Origin: Octopus vulgaris | Taxonomy: Eukaryota | Length of the DNA: 64,000 nt | Direction: 5' to 3' | Assembly: GCA_951406725.2 (NCBI GenBank) | Contig: OX597817.1 | Location: forward strand, 107,012,001-107,076,000 | In this document: positions 50,257 through 62,550 of the stretch, one piece after another | Layout of the letters: every line of letters starts with the position of its first letter | Position numbering within the stretch: position 1 is the first letter of the stretch | Position numbers and translations under genes: made by a program | The notes under the pieces: model-generated | Seen by the model: only the letters and a program-made list of their open reading frames with translations | Told to the model about the DNA's origin: nothing | The model's database searches: none

Positions 50257-51790
50257 TCTGTGATGAAATCCTACTAAATGAAGGAAAATGCATGGGGAAA
50301 AGGAAGACTTATAAATGTTGACCCAACAGAGAGATCAACCATTCTAGATGACAGAAGTATGATAGTTGAAGCAATTAAGGAAATGAGGGCAAAGAAAGAT
50401 CCTGATGCATCAGGAATTTCTTCCAAGATGCTAAAGATATGTGGCAGAATAAGATACAATCTAGTCACCCATGTAGTTAATCAGTATGTACGGGAAGGCA
50501 TAAGATCTAACAGCTGGTGTAGCAGCATTATAGTCAACTGTTACAAGAGCAAAGAAGATGCTTGAGAGCAGAGTAATTACAGAGGTATAAAATTGCTGAA
50601 CCGGATTATGAAAGTTACAAAAAGTTGTATCTCAACTAATTAGGTACAGAATTAGACCAGATGAGATACAGTTTGGTTTTGTGCCAGGGAGAAGTACTAC
50701 TGGTGTTCTCTTCCTACTAAAGCAGCTGCAGGAGAAGTATTTAACCAAATGTAAGTCATTGTACTTGGTAGCCTTTGATAGAATTCCTTGCTCTGTGATC
50801 TAGTGGTTGGTGTACAAGCTAGGAATAGGTGAATAGCTGGTGAGAGCTATCCAAACCATTCGCTAGGATACAAGTAAGCAATGATCACAGCAATGGATTT
50901 AGAGTGCATGTATGAGTTTAACCTGGACTCAGCTCTCAGTCCCCTCCTATTTATCATTGTCCTCTGGGCCATAACAGAGGAGTTTGAGAATGGTTGCCCT
51001 TGAGAACTACTATATGCTGATGATCCTGTTATTTTTGCTGAATCTGTAGTAGAATTAGAAAACAAGTTGCAGGTGTGGAAGCAAAACCTAGAATCAAAGG
51101 GCTTTAAAGTTAACTTAACATAGACCAGAGTCTTACTAATCAGGAAAACTGATAGTCTGATAATTCCTTTAGGAAAATGGCTCTGTTCCATGTGAAGAAA
51201 AGGTGTAGGTAGAAATTCAGTACCATGTAACCAGTGCAAACTATGGACACACAAAAGGTATGCTGGAATCACAGGAAAGTTAACAGAGAAATAGACTTTG
51301 TGGAAGATGCACAGGAGCAGTTAACTCTAGGAACATATAGGAAATAGACTTCCTCGAATGCTCAGGAGGATCTTTAGAAACAATAGATAGTCTCTGTTAC
51401 TTAGGTACTTACTAATTTGCAGTGGAGGAGGGAGAATTTTCTGAAAGTATTGTTGCTAGAGTACAGAACAGCTGGGGAAAGTTAAGAGAGCTATTACCTC
51501 TGTTGATAATAAAAGTCGTCTCTCTTAGAGTGAAAAGCAGATTGTATGATGCTTGTATATGAACAGTAATGCCGCACAGTAGTGAGATATGGACTATGAA
51601 TGCTAGTGGTTGTGCAAAGATTAGAATTGAAACTGGCATTCTCCACAACATCTTTTAAGAAGAGTGAGATCAAGGAACACATGGGACAAAGTAATGAAGA
51701 TGAACCTTAAGTTGTTGAGCCTTACGGAAGAGATAACAAAAAGACTGATTTGGTAAACAATTCACTGTTAGAGAAATCCTGTCCATTGCA
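50257..51790 (+). pseudogene. decayed RTE-clade LINE reverse transcriptase
   Basis: NYRGIKLL, QFGFVPGRSTT, SALSPLLFII, LLYADD, CYLG, AGWGKLRELLP-like motifs with many stops. CT-rich 3' UTR follows to ~52520. Confidence 0.9.
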
Positions 51791-52594
51791 GCAAAAATGA
51801 GGTCCTAAAAGCACATATTGTTAATATCTATGCCCCTTGTACTCAATATATACCTGTTAAGTTTTCCCTACAATTAATCTTTCCAAAATCCATCCCTCCT
51901 TCACTCCTCTATCGAGCTATTACCTCAGCTCCTGTAATGATATAAGAGCAGAACTGCATATATTCCATCTTACCCTTTTATGCTGTTAGTTATTTCTCTC
52001 CTTGGAACCACTTCCTTTTTCAACTATCCTGCATGCTCAACATCAACCCTCAACACTTTATCTTCCACTGAACACCCCTTTACCCTGAACACTCTCTCAT
52101 ATCTGTCATCCATACTTCTCCCTTTTTTTCATTCCCTATAGCCACTCCTATGTACCTCTTATTGTATCTCTCTCCCCACATTTTACATCATCTCCCCCTA
52201 TTTCTCATCAGCCTACCGTTTTACTACACTGTTGTTTTCTACCTTCCTTGCCTTTCTATGTATTGTCAATTATCACCTCCTCCTTCCATGATCCACTCCT
52301 ATTTTCCTTTGCCATTCTTCCAAACCGAAATTCACCAGTGACCACACCTCTAGCCCTAGCTCTAACCACCTATCACACTCCTATCATACTCTCTCAGACC
52401 AACCCACTTAGTCATTCTTGATTCCCTATCCCTATACTTTATTGACCTCCTTGTACCAGAAAGCCATACCCTGATACTCCATCTCCACCATCCTTTCTCC
52501 CTACCCTCCTGGGGTAGCTATGTATTTTCTATTATTATGTGATTTTTGTATATATTGCACCGTATGCATACATAAATACATACATGTGTGTGTA

Positions 52595-52661
<67 letters not shown>

Positions 52662-52670
52662 ATATATATA

Positions 52671-52705
<35 letters not shown>

Positions 52706-52730
52706 GTATACATACACACACACACACATA
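52595..52730. repeat. compound (TATC)n/(TCTG)n/(CA)n microsatellite
   Basis: Directly visible. Confidence 0.95.
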
Positions 52731-52789
52731 TTAATTTATATTGATATGTATATGTTTAAATTTTTATATATATATATGGCATTACACTT

Positions 52790-53058
52790 GTATGAGTATA
52801 AATAGGAAACTAGAAAATTGGAAATGTATGTAATTAATATGACCCCATGTGAAGAAAATATTATTAGCTCATGTCCAGACGCATAAAAGATAGAATTTAT
52901 AAATGACGTCAATAAAACATAGCTGCTAATTGTGATTATACTCCACAAAATTTGTTGATAGAAACTTAAAATTCCATACATTCTTTTTACATATTCCTGG
53001 TCATTTCTTCTATTGTACAAGTATTTTGAAAGTTCAGATATAATAGCACCACCTTGTA
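52790..53058 (-). CDS. candidate coding exon, hydrophobic ~90 aa (xQGGAIISELSKYLYNRRNDQEYVKRMYGILSFYQQILWSIITISSYVLLTSFINSIFYASGHELIIFSSHGVILITYISNFLVSYLYSYK)
   Basis: Pyrimidine tract TTGTTTTTCTTCTTTAAAAAG followed by a ~270-nt open frame in very AT-rich unique DNA. The donor site is uncertain. Confidence 0.4.
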
Positions 53059-53161
53059 CTTTTTAAAGAAGAAAAACAAATTATATAGTTGGTTAATATG
53101 TATAATACATTGTATTTACAATACACTAGTAAGGGAGTAATAGATGCACACACACATACAT

Positions 53162-53195
<34 letters not shown>

Positions 53196-53274
53196 ATATA
53201 TGGGATTGTAATCCAAGCTATGTCCTCATAAAGCACATGTGCGTACTCTGGCTATCAGTTGCATGTATGTAGAT

Positions 53275-53400
53275 GAATAATATACTTGACTAAGGATTTC
53301 AACTTGTATGTATGATTTTCTCATTTAAAATTTTACTTCAAATGAGAAAATCATTATACACAAGCTGAAATTCTTGGTCAAATATACAAATATATTATTC
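53275..53400. repeat. ~55-bp-arm hairpin
   Basis: GAATAATATA..TTGAC..GATTTCAACTTG..TGATTTTCTCATTT / AAATGAGAAAATCA..CAAGCTGAAATT..GGTCAA..TATATTATTC. Confidence 0.8.
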
Positions 53401-53573
53401 ACACTGTAATTACAGTATCAAAACAAAGACTGGAACACATAGGAAAACATTTTAATGAATGTATTTATTTTGAGTTCAAAGGAATATATTATCCTAGTGG
53501 TAACCATGTTACAGCTTCAGTCAATTTCAGATGCCTGCTAACCGCAACAGTTTATTTCCAGATGGCTGAGAGT

Positions 53574-53664
53574 AAGGACCCTGATGAAACTGCACTGGCC
53601 ATGACACTATAGGTTGCATACCCAACAATGTGCAGTCACTGCAATTGAAACATGTATAGGTCTT
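53574..53664 (+). ncRNA. hammerhead-like motif with long stem II
   Basis: GACC-CTGATGA-AACTGCA...(59 nt total)...TGCAATT-GAAA-CATGTATA-GGTC. Confidence 0.6.
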
Positions 53665-53684
53665 GAAAAGATGCTGTAAATATG

Positions 53685-53715
<31 letters not shown>

Positions 53716-53783
53716 GACCGCATGTGTATCGTTGGCAATTTTCTTTCTCTGTGTTCCCTTCCTTGGACTTTTCCTTTTTCTCT

Positions 53784-53818
53784 GTTTCTGATGAAGAGCT
53801 CCGCTCGAAACGTTAAAT
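53784..53818 (+). ncRNA. minimal type I hammerhead motif in ~200-bp (TA)n-flanked element 53716-53917
   Basis: GTTT-CTGATGA-A-GAGC tcc GCTC-GAA-ACGT-T-AAAT. Palindromic ACGT stem III is typical of PLE/retrozyme minimal hammerheads. Confidence 0.75.
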
Positions 53819-54047
53819 CCTCCTTCTTTCTTTCCTTTCCTGAGCATCCAATAACACTATACTTGTTCCATGTCCTCACGTTGTTGTGTTTTCTCTTTGT
53901 TCATGTTTGGATTAACTATATATATATATATATTGGCCTGCTCGCTTAGCCAGCAGGGTGGCATCATTCGAAGGCTAAAACAATGTGAACGCATTGTGAC
54001 CAGCGATGTGTAACAACATCTGATGGTCTGGTCAGTCACGTGGTCAT

Positions 54048-54088
<41 letters not shown>

Positions 54089-54123
54089 ACACACAAATAT
54101 TAATGGATTGGAGTAGATAAAAT

Positions 54124-54209
54124 CCAGGCTACACATGTTTCCTAGCTAGCAGGTCCTCTAATGTAATAATTACTCAATGAGGGGTATTCAGCTAACTACT
54201 CATCAAGCT
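54124..54209 (-). ncRNA. hammerhead motif of the same family as 11915-12003 (C3->U decayed)
   Basis: Minus strand: AGC-TTGATGA-GTAGTTAGC...GCTAGCTAG-GAAA-CATGTG-TA-GCC. Flanks GGAGTAG..AAAATCCAGGCTACA are shared with 11900-11930. Confidence 0.65.
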
Positions 54210-56764
54210 GAAGATACCTTAATTATATGGAGGTTACATTGTTGTTAAAGCATCCCAAGTTAACTCACCAAAGATATAATTTGAAAATCGATATGGGTAA
54301 TGCCTACAACCTTCACCGCTAATAAATTATTATTGTTCCTGAACATTGTTTTTTATACCTACCACAGACTGCTTGAAACTTACAAACTTCCTACACTTAG
54401 ATCCTTGGATCTTATAATCACACACGCACACGCACATGCACTCACACACATGCACACAAATATATATATATATATGTATATGCATCCAGAAGTGCCATTC
54501 TCTAATTGTGGAGGTAATGTGCAGAAGGAGTAGACCCAAGAAGATGTTGGACAAAGTGGTCAAAAAGGATCTTCAGATGCTGGACCTCACAGAGGAGATG
54601 ACAAGGGATTGAACTTCTGGTGGTTTGCTGTGTTTAAGAAACTAAGTAAAACCATGGTTGTTCTTGCACACAGGCATGTCCCTGCATTCTTCCCTCTGCA
54701 GCTGCACATAGGCATGTCCCTGCATCCTAATCATGCAAGCTCGTGGGTGCTGGTGCCACATAAAAAGTATCCATTCCAGTGTCACATAAAAGTACCTATG
54801 CTGGTACTCTGTGAAAGCACCCAGTACACTCTGTAAAGTGGTTGGCATTAGGAAGGGCATCCAGCTTTAGAAACCATGTCAAACAGACATGGAGCCTGGG
54901 CAGCTCTTCAGCGGGTTGGCTCCTGTCAGACCATCCAACCCATGCCAGCACGAAAAACGGATGTTAAATGATGATGATGATGATGATGACGACGACGATG
55001 GTGATTTATGCACCTGCGTGTGTGTGTATCATTCGACTAAGGTAGTAGTTGAATAATATTCTTAAGGCCGCAATTTACTCACAAGCAGCATCTTTCAGAG
55101 CTTGTCACTAATTCAGTTCTTAAACCAAATTGAAAACTGTTAACATTTTTTGAAGATGACTGGTCCCTAGCTACATTTTGGCATAAAAAAAAAATTGAGA
55201 TTTGAACCAGGAGAAAAAAGTTTAGATCAAATTTTGTAGCAACATTATAGGGGAGTAACACCACCAATCAAGTTTAGATCTAAATAACTTTTTTATTTTA
55301 AAAGCAAAATATATCTATCTTAGCTGTTAACATTTAGCTGTTAACATGATAGAAGAAAGCATGAAGAATTTCATAGTTTTGGTCCCATGCAATAAAAATT
55401 TGTATAAAAAAGTTGTGAGGTAAAATATCATGAAAAAAATATAAGGCAAAAAATTGGATTTAAGTATAATTGACTTTTATATTTTATAAATAAACTATAT
55501 TTTGATTAAGCTCAAATGATAGGGCTCAATTTGAGAAATTCATGGTATCAATCTCATGCAATGAAGTTTTAAAAGAAAAAGTCATGAGTGTTTGTTTCTC
55601 AAATTTGAGGGTGATAATATAGTTCTATACTTTTTTTATGAATATAGTTCTATAAGGGGACTTTTAATATATGTCACCAGCGTCATTGTGGTAAGGAAAA
55701 AATTGTCAATGACACTGCTAACTGACACATTTGACACATTATTAATTAGCATAATAGCATGGCCTGGAAAAATCATGGATTACATGGGAAAATGCAAGCA
55801 AGAGAAATAATATTCTTAAGATTATAAACCTGGAAAATTACAGGACAAGTTATTACACTAGGAAAAGTTCAGGACAAGTTATTACATCTGGTAAAGTAAA
55901 GAACAAGAAAATTTTTACTTAAAATATTGCAGCTAATTTGAATATTAAAAATTATTTGATTTTAATTTACAAAGTAACATTATAATTAAGAAAGGTTTTT
56001 GTTAAAATATTGACATGCTAAAATACTTAAAAAATGAGAGCCAGAAGTACCAATATAGCTAAAGTTTTATGCAAAGTAGAATAGTATATATGGTAGGCAA
56101 ATTCATTATGTAAAAAATAGGCATTGGGTCAAGACTAAAAATGTGAAGACTTAGCAATAACTTAGGCAACAACTCAAACAAATTTTACAGTGAATTTGTT
56201 GTTATAGAAAGATTGTACTGTAATATATAACCAATTTTTTTTATTATTCTATTTATTCATCATCATCATTTAACATCTGTTTTCTATGCTAGCATGGGTT
56301 GGACGATTCGACTGGGGTCTGGGAAGATAGGAGGCTGCACCAGGCTCTAGTCTGGAACTGTAAAAATCTGTAAAATTTCTGGAAGTTTATCATTTAAATA
56401 TATGTGAGCATGTCTACATATGCAACTATATGCATGAAAATACAGACATAAAACAAAACATACAAATTTGCACGCACTCGTACATACATACATATATGCA
56501 TGCATGCACGCATGTATGCACGCACGCACGCACGCACACACACACATACATACATACATACATACATAGATACATAGATACATACATACATACATACATA
56601 CACATACATACATACTCTGTTGCTGATAATGAAATTCCAATGAAGGAGTCTTGGATCTAGGTTAGAAACTGGCTCTTTATTGGCAAGAAATTTTGAAATA
56701 TTGCTGAATAACGAGATACATACATACATACATACATACATATATTTATAGAAATACACTTCTT

Positions 56765-57171
56765 TTAACTCTTTTACTTGTTTCCGTCATTTGACTGTGG
56801 CCATGCTGGAGCACTGCCTTTAGTCGAGAAAATTGACCCCAGAACTTATTCTTTGTAAACCTAGTACTTATTCTATCGGTCTGTTTTGCCGAACCGCTAA
56901 GTTACAAGGACATAAACACACCAACATCGGTTGTCAAGCGATGTTGGGGGACAAACACAGACACACAAACATATACACACACATACATATACACACATAC
57001 ATACACACACATACGATGGGCTTCTTTCAGTTTCTGCCTACCAAATCCACTCACAAGGCTTTGGTTGACCCGAGGCTATAGTAGAAGACACTTGCCCAAG
57101 GTGCCACACAGTGGGACTGAACCCAGAACCATGTGGTTTGTAAGCAAGCTACTTACCACACAGCCACTCCT
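56765..57171 (-). mobile_element. full-length abundant tRNA-derived SINE
   Basis: Reverse-complement consensus. Confidence 0.92.
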
Positions 57172-57897
57172 CATTAATTTTACGAGCAAACATCAAAATT
57201 ATTGTCAGTATTTTCTTCTTAAACTAAGTTAGAAGTGCATGAAATTAAAATTATCTAGTATGAAGATAATGTTATCTTCATGTGCCAAGGCTGATGATGA
57301 AAAGATACAATTGAACAATGACATAAAAGAAACAACCTAAGCTACCAATCGTGTCCAAACACCCATTCTTCTATGTTATAACCCTAAATTCTACACATTC
57401 CTTACAGATAATGTTACAAGTGACTTTATATTTTGTACAGGTGTTTGGTAAGGACAAACATAACAATAACACCTTGTACATTTGAAACAAGAAGCAAATC
57501 ATATGGTTGGTTAATTTCTGAAGTACGCAACACATTAAAAAAAACGGGTTGATAAAGATTATAGTATTTCTTTTTCTTATAAGTCTTTTAAAGATGTGAA
57601 TTTCGTCTCTTATTTTATTTCATCTAATGAAATATGATTATGAAGTTGGCTGCCCTTTTTTACTAAATACTTTTACACATTGGGACAGGTATTTATGTGC
57701 CCTACTCTCAAATTTGTACTTATATATTATCTCTGTATTTTATGTCATTATCCTACATTTTATGTCATTATCACACACGGTGTGTGTGTGAGTGTTTGTC
57801 TGTGTGCATGCACACCTGGGTTCAGGTGTAGCTATGTATGTCAAAAGTACTCTCTGAGCAGTAAGCATGCAATTTATTCATATTCTATACTTTCAAT

Positions 57898-58984
57898 ACT
57901 GATATGACATATGACTTCTCATTGACACTGTTATATCTGACCTGCTATGATATTAAAAGTGCTTGATGTTCTCTTATTACTCTCCAACTATGTATCTTCA
58001 ACAAGCACTCCATTATACTTCCATTCAATAATTCCTACAACCTGTGTACTATAACTGCACATATGACACTCTTCTGCCACTTTTGTAAGGTTAATTCGGT
58101 GTCTTGTGTTATCTTTGTTAATATTCTCACTTGTATTTCTGCATCCTCACTTGCAGTTAGTCCTTTGACAAATATCAAACATTTAAACATGTTTAGAGAC
58201 AACTCTCCTAACTTGAATTTTTTGCATGCCTTGTTAACAATTCCTGCATATGTAACAAAGTCATCATTTTCATTTTTTTTAAAATTTAGGCATTCCCAAC
58301 GTATGTTGAACAGTGAGTTCTTTTCACTGAATATATTAGTTAATATTTCAATTGTTTCTTCAAAACAAATTTCTGGCAACTTTTTTGGTAGAACAAAGTT
58401 GCAATATTCCTCATGCTCTGACGGAGCTAGTTTATGCAAAAGAAGTCTTACCTTCTTTTCGTTTGTCCAGCCTTTGCACTTCTCTTTAAATATTTCTTCA
58501 TACCTTCTATAACAAGAAGAAAATATAATCCCATCTTCGGGATTATACAAGAATTCTTCAATGGAGTTGGCTACTCCATCTGCCAAATATGATGCCACTG
58601 CATTTTTAGATTGTAGCAATAACTCTATCAACTGCTAGTTTAGCTGTTGTTGTTGTTGCTGTTCATAGTATTTTTGCTGTTGTTGTAACAGCTGCTGCTG
58701 CAACTGTTGTTGTTGCTTCACAATGGAAGCTAGTCGTTCTTTCATTTTGATACTCCTACAAGCATTCATAACTTCATTACCACTGTTATACAGTGGGAGG
58801 TATCCACCTCACCACTGATATGATGTATGACTTCTCATCATCACTGTTATATCTGAATTATTATAATATTAAAAATTCCTGATGTTCTTTTATTACTCTC
58901 CAACTGTGTATCTTCAACAAGCACTCCATGATATTCCTATTCAATAATTCCTACAACCTGTACACTATGACTGCCCATATAACA
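57898..58984 (-). mobile_element. gag-only Gypsy-type LTR element remnant
   Basis: LTR-like direct repeats at 57898-58068 and 58784-58984 (TGTTA..TAACA), with PBS-like TGGTAATGAAG. The Q-rich gag at 58069-58745 (..EEFLYNPEDG..KVRLLLHKL..SLFNIRWECL..DDFVTYAGIVN..FKCLIFVKGL) is homologous to gag at ~48700-49900. Confidence 0.8.
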
Positions 58985-59522
58985 CCCTTCTCACACTGTT
59001 CTGTGCATGCTCATTTATGCTAACTAGTATGGTTCATTTAGCCAATCATGGGTATGTACAGATTCCCCATACAACAAATACAAAGACCTGGAAAACCACA
59101 ATTGTTATTAGATTTGTACACATTTGTATTCAACATATTTGTGTAAACTTGAATGTGGAAAGACCTCCATGGTAACCTTCTCAAAAAAGGAGTTCTTATC
59201 AATAATGTGTGAAAATACACTAAATGATGTCATTGGACTGTAGTAAACATGTTTCTGCATCATTATACTTCATCAGCTGCAGATACCCAATCTGTCTTTC
59301 ATAGCCCACTAAGAACTGCTCATGCTTATATACAAACAGCAAATAATAAGTTTCTAACATGTGCAAAGGCTCACTAAGTAGCAATGATTAAAATAAAGCT
59401 CTGTACATGCATATTTGATATGTTTGTGTGCAGTCAAACATGGAAAGACCTTATAGACAATGTTATGGAAACTCTGAACTGGGCTACAAAAGATGTCATC
59501 AGATTATAGGACATATGTTTAA

Positions 59523-59738
59523 CCTTTTGGTATTTAAACCAGTCAAATACAGCAAAAATATTTTGTTTTAAGTTAAAACTTACTAGATCCAACCTCTCAG
59601 ATCTAACCTACAACATCATTCTAAACATATACAATCACATTATTGCAATACTAAACCTACAAGATAATGTCTGATTAATTCAAAACGATGTAAATAAATA
59701 AGCAATAAACCGGACAAAGAAATCTCATTGCTAAAGGG
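59523..59738. mobile_element. TTAA-flanked MITE (distinct family)
   Basis: TTAA|CCTTTTGG...CTAAAGGG|TTAA. Confidence 0.65.
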
Positions 59739-62022
59739 TTAAGCATCAGTACACTTCATCAATTACTAGTGAATCTGAAGGGGAGATAATTTCAAGAAAT
59801 TAGGAATAATGCAGGAGTAGATTTACATGGAAGGAAAGGGCAATCTGAAGCTTGTTTATAGACAAGAAAAGTTTATGGACATGTCCTTTGGCCTCTTTAC
59901 TGATCTTGTTAGCATAATTCAGTCCTACCATGTCTGTTTTTTAACATTTTTACATGACAGAAGAGGAGTTTCATATATTCTTGGTCAGATGTAATTTGTA
60001 CAACTAAAACTGAAAAAAAGGAACATTGAGAAAAATATTCAAGGACGCCAATGGTATGGATTTGTGCAATTAAGTTAAGTGTACTACTGAAAACTTAGTT
60101 TAGTATCTACTTATAGTTGTTGTTAGGTTTTTGCTTTCTGTCTCTGAATTGAGGCAATTTCAATAAATTAAACATATGTAGCGCTTAGTGAAATACATTA
60201 TCTCTCTTTGAGAGATATATTACAAATGCGGACGTGACGTATAACAGCCGGCCTTCAGCTGCTTAGGCCCAGTTGTGTCCACTGCTCTGATTGGTTGGTT
60301 TTGGTGCAGTTTTGTCTCTTGCTTTATTTCGTGCCAATGTGTAAACCAACCAATTGCAACCTTCTGATAAGGTCCCATGACCCAGTCTTCTAGGTTCTCT
60401 TCTGGAGCCCACTAACCTCTTTAAAAACTAGATCAACAAACCATTACTTGTCTTTGGTCCTAGACCATTGACCACAGAGCATGCAGCAACAGACAGCCAA
60501 TTCCAGCAACTCAGTCATGTTCCAGTGACCGTGACACCAACACCACTGCAGCATTTCAGGACCTTTTTCCACTGTCGCTTTCACCATTGTCACCTCCACC
60601 AACATCAATATGTACACAGCCATTTCGCCTAGGCTTAACTACATGCTGTGTGTGAATACTCACCAAGGTTAACAGCTCAGTCTACCTGTGTTTCTAGAAC
60701 TACATTATCTATCTAATGTGATCTTTCTTTTTTTTAGGATGATAGGGCCGAGATATGTAGTACATTGCTGTACTCAAGAAGACCCACCCACCACAATAGA
60801 ATTGAGATTCTAAAACCAAGGTGCCATATAAAAAGCACTGGTGCTACATAAAAAGTACAGGTGCTGGTATCACATATAAAGCTTTGATGCTGGTGCTATG
60901 TAAAAAGCACCCAGTACACTCCCATCAAGCTGTCCAACTTACACCAACATGGAAAACGGATGTTAAATGATGATGATGATGATGATGATGAGAGGTGGAT
61001 GTGATTTGAGGGTGATCCAGGTGCTGTCATAGTGGAGTGAGCAATTGCTTAGAAGAAAGTGCTCACTCTGCTTTTGTAATATGTTGTTGAGTGAAGACTG
61101 TCAATCAAACAAACAGGTTCATTTTGGGGTGTGTTGTATATGAAACATATGCATTGTCCTTGTTATGTGAGTTTACTTTAATAAGATGCATACTTTTACC
61201 TTCTTGACTGAACTGGTAATCCCACCACAAGCTTGGTGGGGAGGGTAATTTACTCGAGACCCTGCAGGACAAAAGATGAAACTCATCAAAGGTGGAAAAA
61301 CTCAAGAGAGTCAGTAGCTGTCCAATAATGTGTGAAGGCATGTGGTTTAGTGGTTGGAGTGTTGTACTCATGATTGTGGGATTGTTGTTTTAATTCACTG
61401 ACCAGCTGTGCGGTGTGTTCATGAGCAAAACACTTCATTGCATGTTGCTCCAGTTCACTCAGCTGTAAATGGGTAACCTACAAGGGTGAGATGGTAACTC
61501 AGCAAAATTACCTGAACGGAAGTCTCACAATCTATGTTTTGTATTCAGTGACTGAAAGGATGAACAGTACAACCTGTGCTGTGAATCCCAACTGGTTGGA
61601 ACTGGTCATTCAGCCACATCAAAGGGTGAAAATTTATTATCATTGAGAAAACATTTGACTATGTTATAAAAGCATGGTTATCATTAAAAGTTATCAGAGA
61701 TTGTAAGGTCTAGCATTTGTAAACATTGTAAAAGTTTCTGTCAATATTCTTGAGTAGGAGCGTGTCATAGGTGTATTTGTCATTAGAAGGAATTTTTTTT
61801 TTATCTCAGCTATGAGTGAACCTGTATTTTGTTGTCAGAGATATCCATTAATCAATGGCTTTTTTTTGTATGAATAAGAACAGTGGCTATTGTATCTTTC
61901 ATGCATACATACACACATGCACACACACGCACACACACACACACATGTATGTACGAATAGATGTGTGTATATGTGCGATATGTGTGTGTGTGTGTGCATA
62001 TATATATATTTACAAGAATATT

Positions 62023-62170
62023 GTGTGGCAAGAAGCTTGCTTACCAACTACACGATTCCAGATTCAGTCCCACAGCATGGCACCTTGACCAATTTTCTTC
62101 TGCTATAGCCTTGGGCTGATCAAAGCCTTGTGAGTGAATTTGGTAGAGAGAAACTAAAAAGAAGCCTGTC

Positions 62171-62212
<42 letters not shown>

Positions 62213-62410
62213 GTGTCTGTGCTTGTCCTCCCCTACCATCGCTTGACAACTGATGTTGGTGTGTTTACATCCCTGTAACTTAATAGATTGGCAAAAGAGA
62301 TCAATAGAATAAGTAATAGGCTTGCAAAGCATAAGTCCTGGGTCAATTTGTTTGACTAAAGGTGGTGCTTCAGCTTGGCCACAGTCAGATGACTGAAACA
62401 AGTAAAAGAA
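62023..62410 (+). mobile_element. abundant tRNA-derived SINE with internal (TA)n
   Basis: Consensus head and tail. Confidence 0.88.
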
Positions 62411-62550
62411 TAAAATGATACACACACACACACACACACACATATAGGTAGACAGCTAGAGCTTTATAAAATACAGTCTAAAAATCCAAGAAGATGAATC
62501 ACTAATGACATGAAATAGCACATATACTGACAAGACAAAAAAGAAATTTA

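Noticed and set aside
55083-55170. Possible minus-strand exon with GTGAGT donor (RDQSSSKNVNSFQFGLRTELVTSSERCC)
   Set aside because: Its phase is incompatible with the candidate exon at 53058, and there is no independent support.
55822-55908. ~30-bp tandem repeats resembling a CRISPR-like array
   Set aside because: No unique spacers and a eukaryotic context; an ordinary minisatellite.
56630-56680. CCAATGAAGG...GAAACTGGCTC hammerhead-like relic
   Set aside because: The core has multiple substitutions and would need a family consensus to call.
60140-60790. CpG-containing module with AAACATATGTAGCGC (hammerhead 3' half-like) or possible solo LTR
   Set aside because: No intact core, TSD or clear termini could be established by eye.
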